64,000 bases of DNA from Felis catus (Eukaryota): NCBI RefSeq assembly GCF_018350175.1, contig NC_058368.1, positions 54,190,001 to 54,254,000 of the forward strand. Reading direction: 5' to 3'. Positions 1 through 11,137 of this stretch are shown piece after piece. The notes beneath the pieces are model-generated. The model did not search any database, was not told where the DNA came from, and saw only the letters and a list, made by a program, of their open reading frames with translations. The translations under genes and the position numbers were made by a program. Position 1 is the stretch's first letter, and the number at the start of each line of letters is the position of its first letter.

Positions 1-564
1 TGGATCTACTGGATGGAAGTAGGCTCACTTTGGCACAAGAGGCCTCTGTCCATGCCTGTAACCTAGTTAAGCAGTCTCCTGGCTGTGCAAGAGAGATTGA
101 TGCTCCTGTTATAATAATTTGCTTTGGCAAGAGATTTTATTCTGTATTTACTTTTCTTCTTGTTGTGGGTCATTTAAACATCTGTTCTTATGACATGAGA
201 CTTTTCCAGATGGATGCGTTGTTTGTCCCTCTGTCAGAAAAATCTAATGTTATAAATAAAGGAAGTAGCATAATGGCCAAAGTGTTCTTCATTCCCCCTG
301 ATAGTAATGAGAAAAATCCTTTGGAATGAATGCCTTCTCCACATTAAAGCTAACAAACATCAGTCCTCTTTTTCTATAACGTGACCTTATTACAATTAGG
401 CCGATTGTTCTTAGCCTTCCTCAGCACATGCTGCATTGTTCCGCCAGCTAGGGATGTACTTCTTTTTCTTGCAAAGCATTTAGAGTCCATTCATTACAGG
501 CCCAGCCCAAGACTTCTTTAGCCCTTCCATAAAGATATTTTACTGAGGGTAGTACATCTTTAAT

Positions 565-765
565 AGAACGAACAAGGACTTTGGCACCTGATGGCTCCCT
601 GTGTGATTCCTGGGTTTGGTACTAACTGAATGGGAACCGTGCGGCAGGTTACTTAATCTTTCTGAATCCCAGTTTTCTCATTTGTAACACAGAAGTTATG
701 TCTATCTCATACAGCATTTGTAAAGATTAGATGTGATGAAATTTGTCTGGCACTCAGTAAATTAT
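565..765 (+). mobile_element. MIR SINE (ancient)
   Basis: Core GCAGGTTACTTAATCTTTCTGAATCCCAGTTTTCTCATTTGTAA resembles MIR core GCAAGTTACTTAACCTCTCTGAGCCTCAGTTTCCTCATCTGTAA. Confidence 0.75.
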
Positions 766-947
766 TTTAGATACCTGTATTATACCTATTTATGATAATT
801 TTCCCCTTAAGCAAAGGAGAATTTACTTGTATCAAGTTTATTCAGGCCCATGATTGAAATATCCAAAATACCGTATAAGATTTGCTTGTGGCATACAACG
901 GTCCTCTACCACTTTTGCTTATTCTCCTGCTGCACATGGCCACTTTC

Positions 948-976
948 TTTTTAAAATTTTTTATGTTTATTAATGT

Positions 977-1017
<41 letters not shown>

Positions 1018-1184
1018 TGAGTGGGGGAGGTGAAGAGAGAGAAGGAGACACAGAATCTGAAGCAGGCTCCAGGCTCTGAGCTGTCAGCACAGAGCCCGAC
1101 GTGGGGCTCGAACTCATGGACCATGAGAGATCATGACCTGAGCCTAAGCCTGATGCTAAACTGACTGAGCCACCCAGGCATCCC
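948..1184 (-). mobile_element. CanSINE (SINEC_Fc) with expanded (GA)n
   Basis: Reverse-complement SINE head (CTGAGCCACCCAGGCATCCC), (GA)n, T-rich tail; TSD TGCACATGGCCACTTTC 931-947 / TGCGCATGGTCACTTTC 1185-1201. Confidence 0.95.
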
Positions 1185-1249
1185 TGCGCATGGTCACTTT
1201 CAACTCTGTTACTGCCCAGTCCCTTGAAAATTCTTATTTTGTGGCCTAT

Positions 1250-1930
1250 TAACCTTGTGATTGACTATTGGTATTAACTATAAGTATTAACTATTGGTAT
1301 GGAAGGGAATGAAGTTTGCCTTTACAGTCCTTCATTATTCTCAATTCTCTCCCTCTTCCTGTTACCTTACTGTTATTATAGTTACATTACAATTTTAGTG
1401 AGATCAGTATTCAGGATTTATATTATTATGACTATGTAAACACTAATTACAGGTGATGAGACTTACGATATATCATAGTTATTTTTTCTTCCCAGGAGTA
1501 GTTATTAAATGTCTTAACCTTTTTGATTTGGTTTTATTTATACTTATTCCTAATTTAAGTCCCAAATATCTATCAATGGTCTAAGTGACATGTTCACATT
1601 TTTGAAGAAATCTCTCCTGGTGCTTGCTGAACTGCTTAAATCCCGGCAAGCTGCCCTCTGTGCCTGGTACACAACGATTCTCCTCTCATCTGTACCTCCG
1701 CCGTTATCCTAAATATTTTCTTTGCCTCTTTCTGGTGTTGATCTTCTGTTTTCTGCACCACATGTGTTTGTATTTTCTTTTGGTAGAGCTATTTTCTGGT
1801 AATTTTCTAAATGTGGGTTCATGGAGGTAAACTGTTGATACTTACATATCTAATGAATTTTGTATTCCATCCTTATACTAGTTGATAGTTTTTCAGGATA
1901 AGAATTTTATATCAGAAAAAAATATTTTTC
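1250..1930 (-). mobile_element. Ancient L1-related fragment (HAL1/L1ME-like)
   Basis: Visibly homologous to 50800-51760 in this window (e.g. TCAGTATTCAGGATTTATATTATTATGACTATGTAAA vs TCAGTAATCAGTTTTTACATTATTGTGAGTGTGTAAA); resembles antisense HAL1. Confidence 0.55.
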
Positions 1931-4880
1931 AGGAAATGGACTTAGGGCTTGTCTATGCTAAATAAAGTTGAGATAACAGAAGTTTGTTTGCATAACATAG
2001 GAGAAGGAATCCAAAATCATAGAGAGATAAGAATGTTATAGCAATTTATGTTCACTTGTCCCAAGAGGGCCAGAAGACATTACCTTCATTCAGTTTTAGA
2101 TATACATTAGTGAGAAGAGCACAGGAATCTTTGAAAAGCACTGTGGATTATATTCTCTGGTGATATATAACTGGGGGGTATGCGTATTTGACATTACCAT
2201 TAGAATGGGCTCCCTGTGCTCCCTGAGCACAGATGTTGGGATTCCAACAGAATAGAGGCCAAACAACATTGCTTATATGCTAGAGGCAAGGTGAATATAG
2301 TTACTCTATTAGCTGGTCAGGCCTACAGTGATCTTTGGGTGTTGGCTAAGTGATCATGTAGTCCTGGGACCAAAACAGATGGTTAGGGCACTGAAATCCT
2401 ACTGAAATCTCTGAAAACAATATAAAACCCTAGGTTTGCTGAGTAGAAGCATGGCTTTCAGCCTTGAGCCACATCACATCACATCACATTGAGCTGTTGA
2501 GTGACATCACAGAGCCAGAACTTACTGAATATAAGAGATAAGTACCCTTGGAACAACATATTGTATCAATATTACAATACTTATTTAAATCTTCCTTCTA
2601 GCCTTCCACAAAAAGATTTGTGGCTACTAGGCACTGAAGAAGGTGAAATATCCAAGACTTTGCAAAGTCATTGGGCATAGATTGGACCTAAGACCAATCC
2701 CTGGGAACCAAACTGTCATTATGATTTCTGGCCAGGTGGATATCAGAGGATAAGTAATATTTTGTTCAAAGATCATTTCGTGTTGGTTTCAATGAGTCCC
2801 CAAGCCTATACTATGATTACTTCCTTAGTTCCTGTGTGTATAGTTTGGTGAGATATATTCAGAAAGTAGCAGGTTCCCCAATCTTTCCCTGACACATGGT
2901 GTTAAGACCACAATAGTGGCAACGGCATAGTGGAGTCCTGCAGAACATACCCCCTAACAAGATGTTAAGTCAAAAGCAATGCCACATCACTGGGGGATTT
3001 GCAGAAACGAGAGTCACCACCAAGAACTTGGCCACAGCAATGATGATTTCTAAGGTATCTCCATTAAACTTACCTGTTTGGTCTTTATAGAAGACAGGTA
3101 GGCAGATCTTAGGAATGATAATGAATTGTAGTATTTACAAGTATCTCATGACTCCATTCAGCAGCTATTTCATATGGTTCCCTTTAGTGGAACAAATCAC
3201 CACATAACTAGAAGTTGGCTTTCTCTGTTCCTATCAGTATAGCATTTTTTTTTTTTTGGCCTCTAACTCCAATAAGCAGAACCCACAAGAAGAAATTTGC
3301 TTTCATTTGGAAGAGATAAATTCAAGCCTTTACCTTTATCTTTGTCAATTCTCTAGCTCCATGCCAGAATTTAGTCCTCAGGGATCTTTATTACCTTATC
3401 ATCCCTTAAGGTATCATCAGGTGTATTTTTATTATCCTATCATCTTTTAGGCTAGAATGCTGGTATAGTATATTAATCATGCTGCTAGGGCCATGTAGTA
3501 GTAGTAGTAGTAAAATAAATGTTTTAGTAATACATGCACTTGAAAGAGAATGAAGGATATATCACATAAAATTCAGAGATCTGCTAGTTAAAATTTCTGG
3601 GGGTCCAATGTTGTGGAGTTTGTTGACATATCTCCTTCAAAGTGAAAGTCTTCTAGGGGTCCTCTTTATCCTATACTAATAAAGAAGAGATGCAAAGGTT
3701 TGTGGACTTATTCGGGTTTTGGATTAATATATAACACATGTGGATATGTGGCTCTGACATGTTTATCTAGCGAACTGCTTACAAAATTGGTTACAAATAG
3801 TGGGGCCAGAGCAAGAGAAGGCATTCCAGCAGATCTAGGCTGTAGTACAAGCAGTTCTCCCCCTTGGCTCTTAGGAAGCAACAGATCCGATGGGGCTTGT
3901 GATATCTTTGGCAGACTGATGGGTTATATAAAGCACATAAAGTCCAAATAAGAGAACTACAGTAGAAGCCACTAAGGTTTTATTACAAAGCTCTGTCTTC
4001 TTCAGCTAACTATTCTTAGCTTGTTACTGGTCTAAGGTAGATATTGCAGGCACGTGCCAGCAGCCTGAGCTCCTAAAATGAACGGTTGCTATGTTGTTCT
4101 CCAAGCATTAAGTCAGGTGTGCTGAAGAGTTCTCCATCAACAAATTGAAGTGGTAAGTATAAAATCCAGCTTTATCAGATTCTGAAGGCACAAGAACGTT
4201 GCATGAGTGAGTAGCCGATCCCTAGCGTACCTACTCTAAAGGCTCTGCTTATGACCCTCTAGAATGGCCTTAAGGGGCTGTTTCTATGAACAACTGACTC
4301 TGGGAGAAGGAAAATTTGAGTCTGCTTTAAAGAGGACAAATAAATTGCTGGCACCAGATGGCAGAGGACTAGTTTACTGTACAGCCCATCTGACTGGCAG
4401 CATTGAGACCAAAAGTTTCTTGGTGAGAGAACAACCACTCACCACCAGTTCACATAGAGTACCTGATGACTACATTGACCAGTCAGGGATTTAGAAAGAA
4501 AAAGCAAGACTGGTGACAGATGAGCTTGGGGAAGAGAATTATGGATGGGCCTCGCTCTGGGTTCAAAGTATGAGAACACTTGTGCCCTGGGTGAAAACTC
4601 ACCAGAAGGGCCCTTCTGTGGAGAAGTCTCTCCATAATCAGTTAGAGAAGATTACTCTGTTGATGTCAATCACATCTTTTCTCACCCAACCCAGTGCTTA
4701 TTTAATGGGTTCATTAGGAAGTGGTTATAATAACAGAGCTTGAGGTCAAGCATGGACTCAATGACACAAAACTCTCTTCACTGCAGTTGATCTGACTACC
4801 ACTTCAGGTGGGAGCCTAGTCTGTCAGAAAAACAACAAACCTTGAGCCCCTCGTATGTTGTTGTCTTCTGGAGAGGCAAA
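1930..4880 (+). mobile_element. ERV-L internal remnant (degenerate gag 3' part, pol RT, RNase H, integrase N-terminus)
   Basis: Translation near 3800 GPEQEKAFQQI*AVVQAVLPLGS*EATDPMGLVIS resembles ERV-L GPEQEKALQQVQAAVQAALPLGPYDPADPMVLEVS; ORF 4513-4743 (WVKTHQKGPSVEKSLHNQLEKIT) resembles ERV-L RNase H (HVNAHQRVTSAEEDFNNQVDRMT); integrase zinc-finger-like region 4700-4870; many stops and frameshifts; no flanking LTR seen. Confidence 0.85.
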
Positions 4881-6198
4881 TTGATTCACTGCTCTAAGGA
4901 GTATTCTAAAACATAATCATGAAAAAAGGATTTGGGAAAATATTAAGTTAAGCCAGAATTCAGAGCTTAGCTTTGACTTACTAGGGATTCCATAATGATA
5001 TTAATTTCTTCCCTACTAGGTATAGTTTTTATTTTCTCTAAGTAATTAAAAAACATCATGGTGTGGAAAATACTGTTAATAGTAGTATGACACAAATCAG
5101 AAGAAAAAATGATCTAAATTTAGAGATAATACATTATAACTCACATTATCCAAGAGAAAAATAATAGTTGTTTGAAATCATTTGGCTATTTTTCTTTCAT
5201 TACACCCAGATTGCTTTTAATTTTGATTGATTTGACATTATCGTTGAACAAGAAGTCCATTTATTGATGCTGTTATTTTTACTTAACTTTCTATGTCAAT
5301 AATTGCAGTTTCTAAAAAGTGATCCATAACTTCAAAGTGAATGTCTCTTATTACTGATAATGAGATTTGGGCTAGTAGATTTCCTTGCAGAAGAGGACTT
5401 TTCTCATTTTAAGTTGGAGAAAAATTGTTAACTTTTGGCTGTTGGAAACATGTTGAATCATTTTTCTGTAGCTAAATTTTCAGTTAATAAACTGCAAGAG
5501 CTCACAGAGATTAAATTTCAGAAATAATTATTGCATAGTAGTTGAAAAATTGTTTGTTATTAACATTTGCTAGCAATGTTGAAGTAAAATTTATTTAAAT
5601 TGAAGGAGATTTACACTAGGAACTTGTTAAAAACAATTTAATGAAAAAGGCATGAACAGTAAATTTAGGAAAAATTTTAACTTTAGAATGAATAGAGCTG
5701 TGATGGCTTATAATTCTTATGCTCCTGAAGTTTCTTTTAAATGATATAATACATAAATACTATTTTGGTTACACATAGAAAAATTCTTTGGCTACTTTAA
5801 AAAACAGTGAAACTGGCTAATATTTATTTGTCTACTAGGTGAATATCTCCCTATGGGGCTAACACTAAAATAATCATAGTTTCTGCTGTCCAAAAATTCT
5901 TGAGGTAATTGAGTAAATGGGATTTAAATACTGTAGCTAAATAAAATTTAAATAATTGCTTAAGAGAGTATAGAGAAGATGTCAAAGACAGTCAATATAT
6001 AAGTCAAACTAATTTTATTATAATAATTACTATAGGAATTCAGAGAAGGGACAGATCAGATAGGCTTGGTCCAGAATAATGTCACTTTTCAGTAGGAACT
6101 CTACCTCATTTTGAATGTGTTTTCTGGGCTAGAATAGGTAAGCAGTCAGATAGTTATGGGCTGTTTTAAAACTTCTTGAATAAAAATATACTTAGCTT

Positions 6199-6408
6199 GG
6201 GGCGCCTGGGTGGCGCAGTCGGTTAAGCGTCCGACTTCAGCCAGGTCACGATCTCGCGGTCCGTGAGTTCGAGCCCCGCGTCAGGCTCTGGGCTGATGGC
6301 TCAGAGCCTGGAGCCTGTTTCTGATTCTGTGTCTCCCTCTCTCTCTCTCTGCCCCTCCCCCGTTCATGCTCTGTCTCTCTCTGTCCCAAAAATAAATAAA
6401 CGTTGAAA
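6199..6408 (+). mobile_element. Very young CanSINE (SINEC_Fc, youngest felid type)
   Basis: GGGGCGCCTGGGTGGCGCAGTCGGTTAAGCGTCCGAC, CpGs nearly all intact; perfect 17-bp TSD AAAAATATACTTAGCTT 6182-6198 / 6409-6425. Confidence 0.97.
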
Positions 6409-6489
6409 AAAAATATACTTAGCTTGAGAACTTCATTTTTAACATATCAATGTTAACTAGAAATGTAAAATGCACATTCAGACAGTAAA

Positions 6490-6860
6490 AGTACTAAGAT
6501 TTCAGTTGCCTTCAATTCAAAGAAGGAGGTGAGATCTGAACTGTGTAGAAAGAAAAGAAGGCAGGTCAATAGAGAGGAAGATCTCTCCCTATCATGCATT
6601 AGGGGCATGGGTAACAAAAAAAAGGGGGTAATGCTTATGGTCAAGGGTACAAATACATTGGTTGAAGCAGTGACATCATACAAGGAAGTAGTTGACAATG
6701 AGGCTGGGAACTTGGGATGTTTGTTGTGGTCAAGGATCAAAGACCTTGAACACCCAGAATAACTTAATGTATCAGAATGAAGGACTGTGTAGTAGATTTG
6801 GAAGAAATCAATGACATGGAAGAAAAACTAAAAGACAAGATAATAAAGAATGGTAATTTC
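6490..6860 (-). mobile_element. L2 fragment (degraded)
   Basis: Purine-rich antisense L2-like text (GTGGTCAAGGATCAAAGACCTTGAA...GTAGTAGATTTGGAAG). Confidence 0.4.
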
Positions 6861-7132
6861 TCATGACTTTCTGACAGATGTACATCACTTTCCAAGATGC
6901 ATCTTTCTGTGGCAGGTCCATCCAAACTAAATTCACAAGGCCTGTCATTGTACTGAGATCATTCAAAGCCAGTTTTTTGTTTTTTCGTTTTTTGTTTTTT
7001 TTTGGAGGGGGGAGGGGGGAGTAAATATAATGAAATAGTAAACTTCCAAGTATGTGAATTTTGTGTACTCTAGTGATTCATGGATATCTGAAAAGCCAAA
7101 ATCAGAGGTTCCATTTAAAAAATGAAAATGCA

Positions 7133-7269
7133 GGGACACCTGGGTGGCTCAGTCGGTTAAGCGTCTGACTTCGGCTCAGGTCATGATCTCGCGGTTTGTG
7201 AGTTCAAGCCCCTCAGAGCCTTGAGCCTGTCTCAGATTCTGTGCCTCCCTCTCTCTCTGCCCCTCCCCT

Positions 7270-7304
<35 letters not shown>

Positions 7305-7333
7305 AATAAATAAACATTTAAAAAAATTAAAAA
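7133..7333 (+). mobile_element. CanSINE (SINEC_Fc) with ~22-bp internal deletion
   Basis: GGGACACCTGGGTGGCTCAGTCGG head, (CT)n, AATAAA tail; GGCTCTGTGCTGACAG segment missing; short TSD AAAATGCA. Confidence 0.93.
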
Positions 7334-8566
7334 AAAATGCAAAGGTATTTAAGAAAGGTTATCAATTCAGACATATCTGCCACTTATACCTCAGCGTGAA
7401 TGCTTTCTCTAAAAACTTTCCCCAAAGAGTATGAGCAGATGGTATGGAAAAGAAAGCATGGGGCAAACACAGGTAGATGTAGCACATTAATGTCTGCTCA
7501 ATCTTCTACTGATTCCATGTGGGTAAAGATGTGAGAAGGGATGCTAGTGTGAGAGAATGAAATATAAAAGACGGTCTTTCTGGTCCCAACAATACTACTT
7601 CAGTATTTTCCAGAGCCAGTTGATTATCAGTCTGTTTCCTCAAATTGCCTTATTGGACAGCTTTTCTTATTTTAACAAATATATAATGGGAGAATCAGTT
7701 GAGTGATTTCAGCAGTAAGCTAATGTGCTACCTGCTTTCTGAAATGGAGGTCTTGGAAGTTGCCAGAAAGAAGAACTTTCATTTTATTGCGATATTTTTT
7801 TCTTTCATTTAGTCATCTTTGTTTGGGGAATGCTGTCAATTCTTTCCAGTTCCCTGGTCTAAATGTCACTTTTAGGGCATAGTATCTTAAGGGCTCTACT
7901 GTATGCTCTGAATATAGTCTTGAATTCTATTTAAAGATTTAACTTGCTTTTCATTGGGAAGGCTAGGCATCTTGTTTTAAATATGCTTTCCTTGGATAGA
8001 ATAAATAGGCAGAGAATTATGGGTGAGCTCTGAAACTTCTTGACAAAAGATGTTTGAAATATTTATTTTTGAAATATCATCATTATCTGAAAACAAAATG
8101 TTAAAGTCACTAAGATGTTAAAGCACAAGGATTTCAATTATTAATTCAAAAATACCGTTCTTAGTCAAGGTCTGGAATGATTTATGTAACTATTTAAAAA
8201 AATTACACATGGTTTTATTTTGTTAGTTCCTGGTTGTTATGAATTTGATTTTGCCCATGTTTGGTCAAGTTGATAAGTTTCTAAGAATTCTTCGACATTC
8301 CAGGCTTATTGTTTGTTAGGGATCTGCCAAGTCACTGAGCACATAAGGCTGCTCATGGCAAAGTGTCTGCTTCAATATTTAGCATCATATTCTCAAATGG
8401 ACCAGAAGGACCAGCTGGAGAACACAAGATACTTGGCAGATATTTCAACCAGAATTGTAAGTTATATGTGAAAACAAAGCTAAAAGCTTGATGGGGTATA
8501 GGATGATCAGCAATGAGGTCGTTAAACTGGTACAGGTGTGATTGAAGTAAGGCCCAAGTGAAACCC

Positions 8567-9009
8567 TGTTTCAGATTTCTAAGGCCACAATAATGCACCA
8601 TAAAAGTAGTAAGCATTTATTTAGCTGACAGGCCTGGGGGTCAATTACCTACTCTTGGCTCGGCTGGGCAGTTCTCCCTGTTTTGACTGGGCTTATTCAC
8701 ATGTCCATCTATCAGCTGGAGTGCTGGACACATGGGGCTGCCACATATCTGTTATCCTCCAGGAGGCTTGCCTGGGCAGGTTCTCATGGCAAAGGTGCAG
8801 GAGTGAGAGTGAGGGCAAGTAAAGGCTCATGGCCTGTTAAGGTCAAGTCTCAGGACTAGTACACTATTCACTGCTATTACATTTTATTGGCCAGAATGAG
8901 TCACAAAGCTTGCCCAGTTTTAAGGAATGAGGAAATAGACTTCTCCTCTTGATGGGAGAGGTTGCAAAGAGGTGATGATTTAGACCATTAGTGCAATAAA
9001 TCTACCACA
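8567..9009 (-). mobile_element. MLT1 (F/G/H-type) MaLR solo LTR
   Basis: Ends ATCTACCACA (reverse complement TGTGGTAG); motif TTATTGGCCAGAATGAGTCACAAAGCTTGCCCAG...AATAGACTTCTCCTCTTGATGGGAGAGGTTGCAAAG typical of MLT1. Confidence 0.8.
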
Positions 9010-9248
9010 AAGCCCTGAACCCCAAGGATTGAATACTCTATCCCTAAGCTTCTATGTAGTTACAGATCAGTCTAGGTGGTTCTTGACCTAGGATGATCCA
9101 GGCCAGACTGGCCAAAGGACATGAGATTTGATTACAGGTCTTCTGTGTACAGAGTGATAAGTAAGCATCTCTTTTAGATTTACAATGGTGACAGATGATA
9201 ACCAGAGAGAACCAGAGATTTATGCATGTTTTATCATAAATATGAGTG

Positions 9249-11137
9249 TGCTATGGACTGGATATTTGTGTTCTCCCAAAATTCTAAAATGGAAATTGGT
9301 ACCAAGAAAGTGGCGTATTGCTTAATAAATATCTGAAAATATGGATGAAGCTATGGGACTGGGCAATGGGTAGTGGCTAGAAGAATTTTGAGGTGCCTGC
9401 TAGAAAAAGCCTGAATTACCTTGGACAGACCATTGAGGGTGCTTCTGGTGAGAGCTCAGAAAGGAAAGGGGAGAGCTATAAAGAAAGCCTCAGTCTCCTT
9501 AGAGAACACCTGAGTAATCTAGAACAGAATGTTGGTAGAAATATGGTGATAAGGGCCATTCTGATGAGATCTCAGGAAGAAAAATGAGAAACATGTTATT
9601 GGAAACTGGAAGAAGAGCCATCCTCATTATAAAGTGGCAATGAATTTGGCTGGATTGTGCTCCTGTGCTAGTGTCTTGTAGAAGGTAGAACTTGTGAATG
9701 TTGAAATTGGATATTTAGCTGAAGCTATTTTTAGGCAAAGTATTGAATCAGAGGCCTGGATCCTCTTGACAGTAAAATCAGAGGAGAGAGAAATGATTTG
9801 AAGATGGAATTTTTTAATCAAAAGGATAGCATAACTTTAAGATGTGGAGAATTCTCAGCTTATCCAAATTGTAAAGAATGAGGAACCCTGCTATACTAAA
9901 GGGTGTGTTCAAACAAGTGTGTGATAAAGAGATTAGCCAGCCATGTGCATACAAAATAGAAGCTCATATACGGGACCATGGAAGAATGCAAAGAAGGAGC
10001 CACCTCAGCACACACTGCCCACTGAACATTGCTGGCTCTACTCCAGCACCCCAGGTACAGCTCTGGCAGGCCTGGTGGCCTCTTCCAGCAGTGCAGTGGC
10101 AAACCTTGGCAGTGTCCCTGCTGCTGTCTCTGAAGGCTTGTAGAGTACACAAGCTATGGGTACTTGCTGCCTACACCTAGATTTTAAAGGTTGCAAGTCA
10201 GATCAGAGCCACTGGGCACTGGACACCACCTTATGAGAAGTGGGCATGGTACACCAGCCTTTGGGAAGGGTCCAAGCAGAGAGCGAAGGTGGGGACTCCC
10301 AGCCAACCTGTGGGGACAGGGTTGCCCAGAACCTCAGGGGTCAACCTGCCCTGCAAACCTGCAGGGGCAGGACCCCTTCTCTGGTGGGTCTAAAGGACAG
10401 AGCATTGATTCAAAGAGCATCGTCCTTGAGCCTAAGGTCTATTGGAATTTTCCCGTTTGGAATTGGGGCTTGCTCAATAACATCACTCCTTTCTTATTTC
10501 CTAATTCTCCCTTTTTGGAATGGGAGTATCTGTCCTACACCTGTTCTACCAGGTTTCAGAAGCAGATAACTTGTTTGATTTCACAGGTTTACTGCCAAAG
10601 ATCAGTTTCTCCCAGGATGAATCACAGTAAGTGAGACTTACTGTATCTGATATAGATGATGTTTAGATGCGACTTTGGACTTAGACTTTAGATTTGATGC
10701 TGGAATGAGTTATGGCTTTGGGGGCTATTCCAATGGAATTAATGTATTATGCATTCAAGAAGGACATGAATTTTGGGGGGGGTCAATGGCAGAATTCTAT
10801 GCATGAATATTTGCATCCTCCTCAATTCATATGTTGAAACCTAATCCCCAGTGTGATGGTGTGAGGACTTGGGGCTTTTGGGTGGTGATTAGGTCATGAG
10901 GGTGGAACCATCATGATTGGGATTAGTGCCCTTATAGAAGATGCCTCAGAGAGCTTTCTCCCCTCTTCCACCATGTGTAGCACAGCAGAAAAAAGGCCAT
11001 CTATGAATCAAGAAGCTGGCTCTTGCTAGACACTGCATTTGCCAATGTCTTGATCTGAGATTTCCAGCCTCCAGAACAATGAGAAATGAATGTTTGTTAT
11101 TTATGAGTGTTTTGTTAAAACAGTCCAAACTAAGAGA
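9249..11137 (+). mobile_element. MLT1A0-like MaLR provirus: collapsed 5' LTR (9249-9290), internal region (9291-10794), 3' LTR (10795-11137)
   Basis: TGCTATGGACTG LTR start; GAAATTGGTACCAAGAAAGTGG internal start; G-rich PPT-like tract before 10795; 3' LTR with AATTCATATGTTGAAACCTAATCCCCAGTGTGATGG...TTTCCAGCCTCCAGAACAATGAGAAAT; degenerate 5-bp TSD GAGTG/GAATA. Confidence 0.88.

Noticed and set aside
30..329. 99-aa ORF at window start
   Set aside because: Non-ATG start, no recognisable homology, length compatible with chance.
9878..10634. Cluster of 100-147 aa ORFs as a gene
   Set aside because: They lie in the GC-richer MaLR internal region, overlap on both strands and show no recognisable domain.
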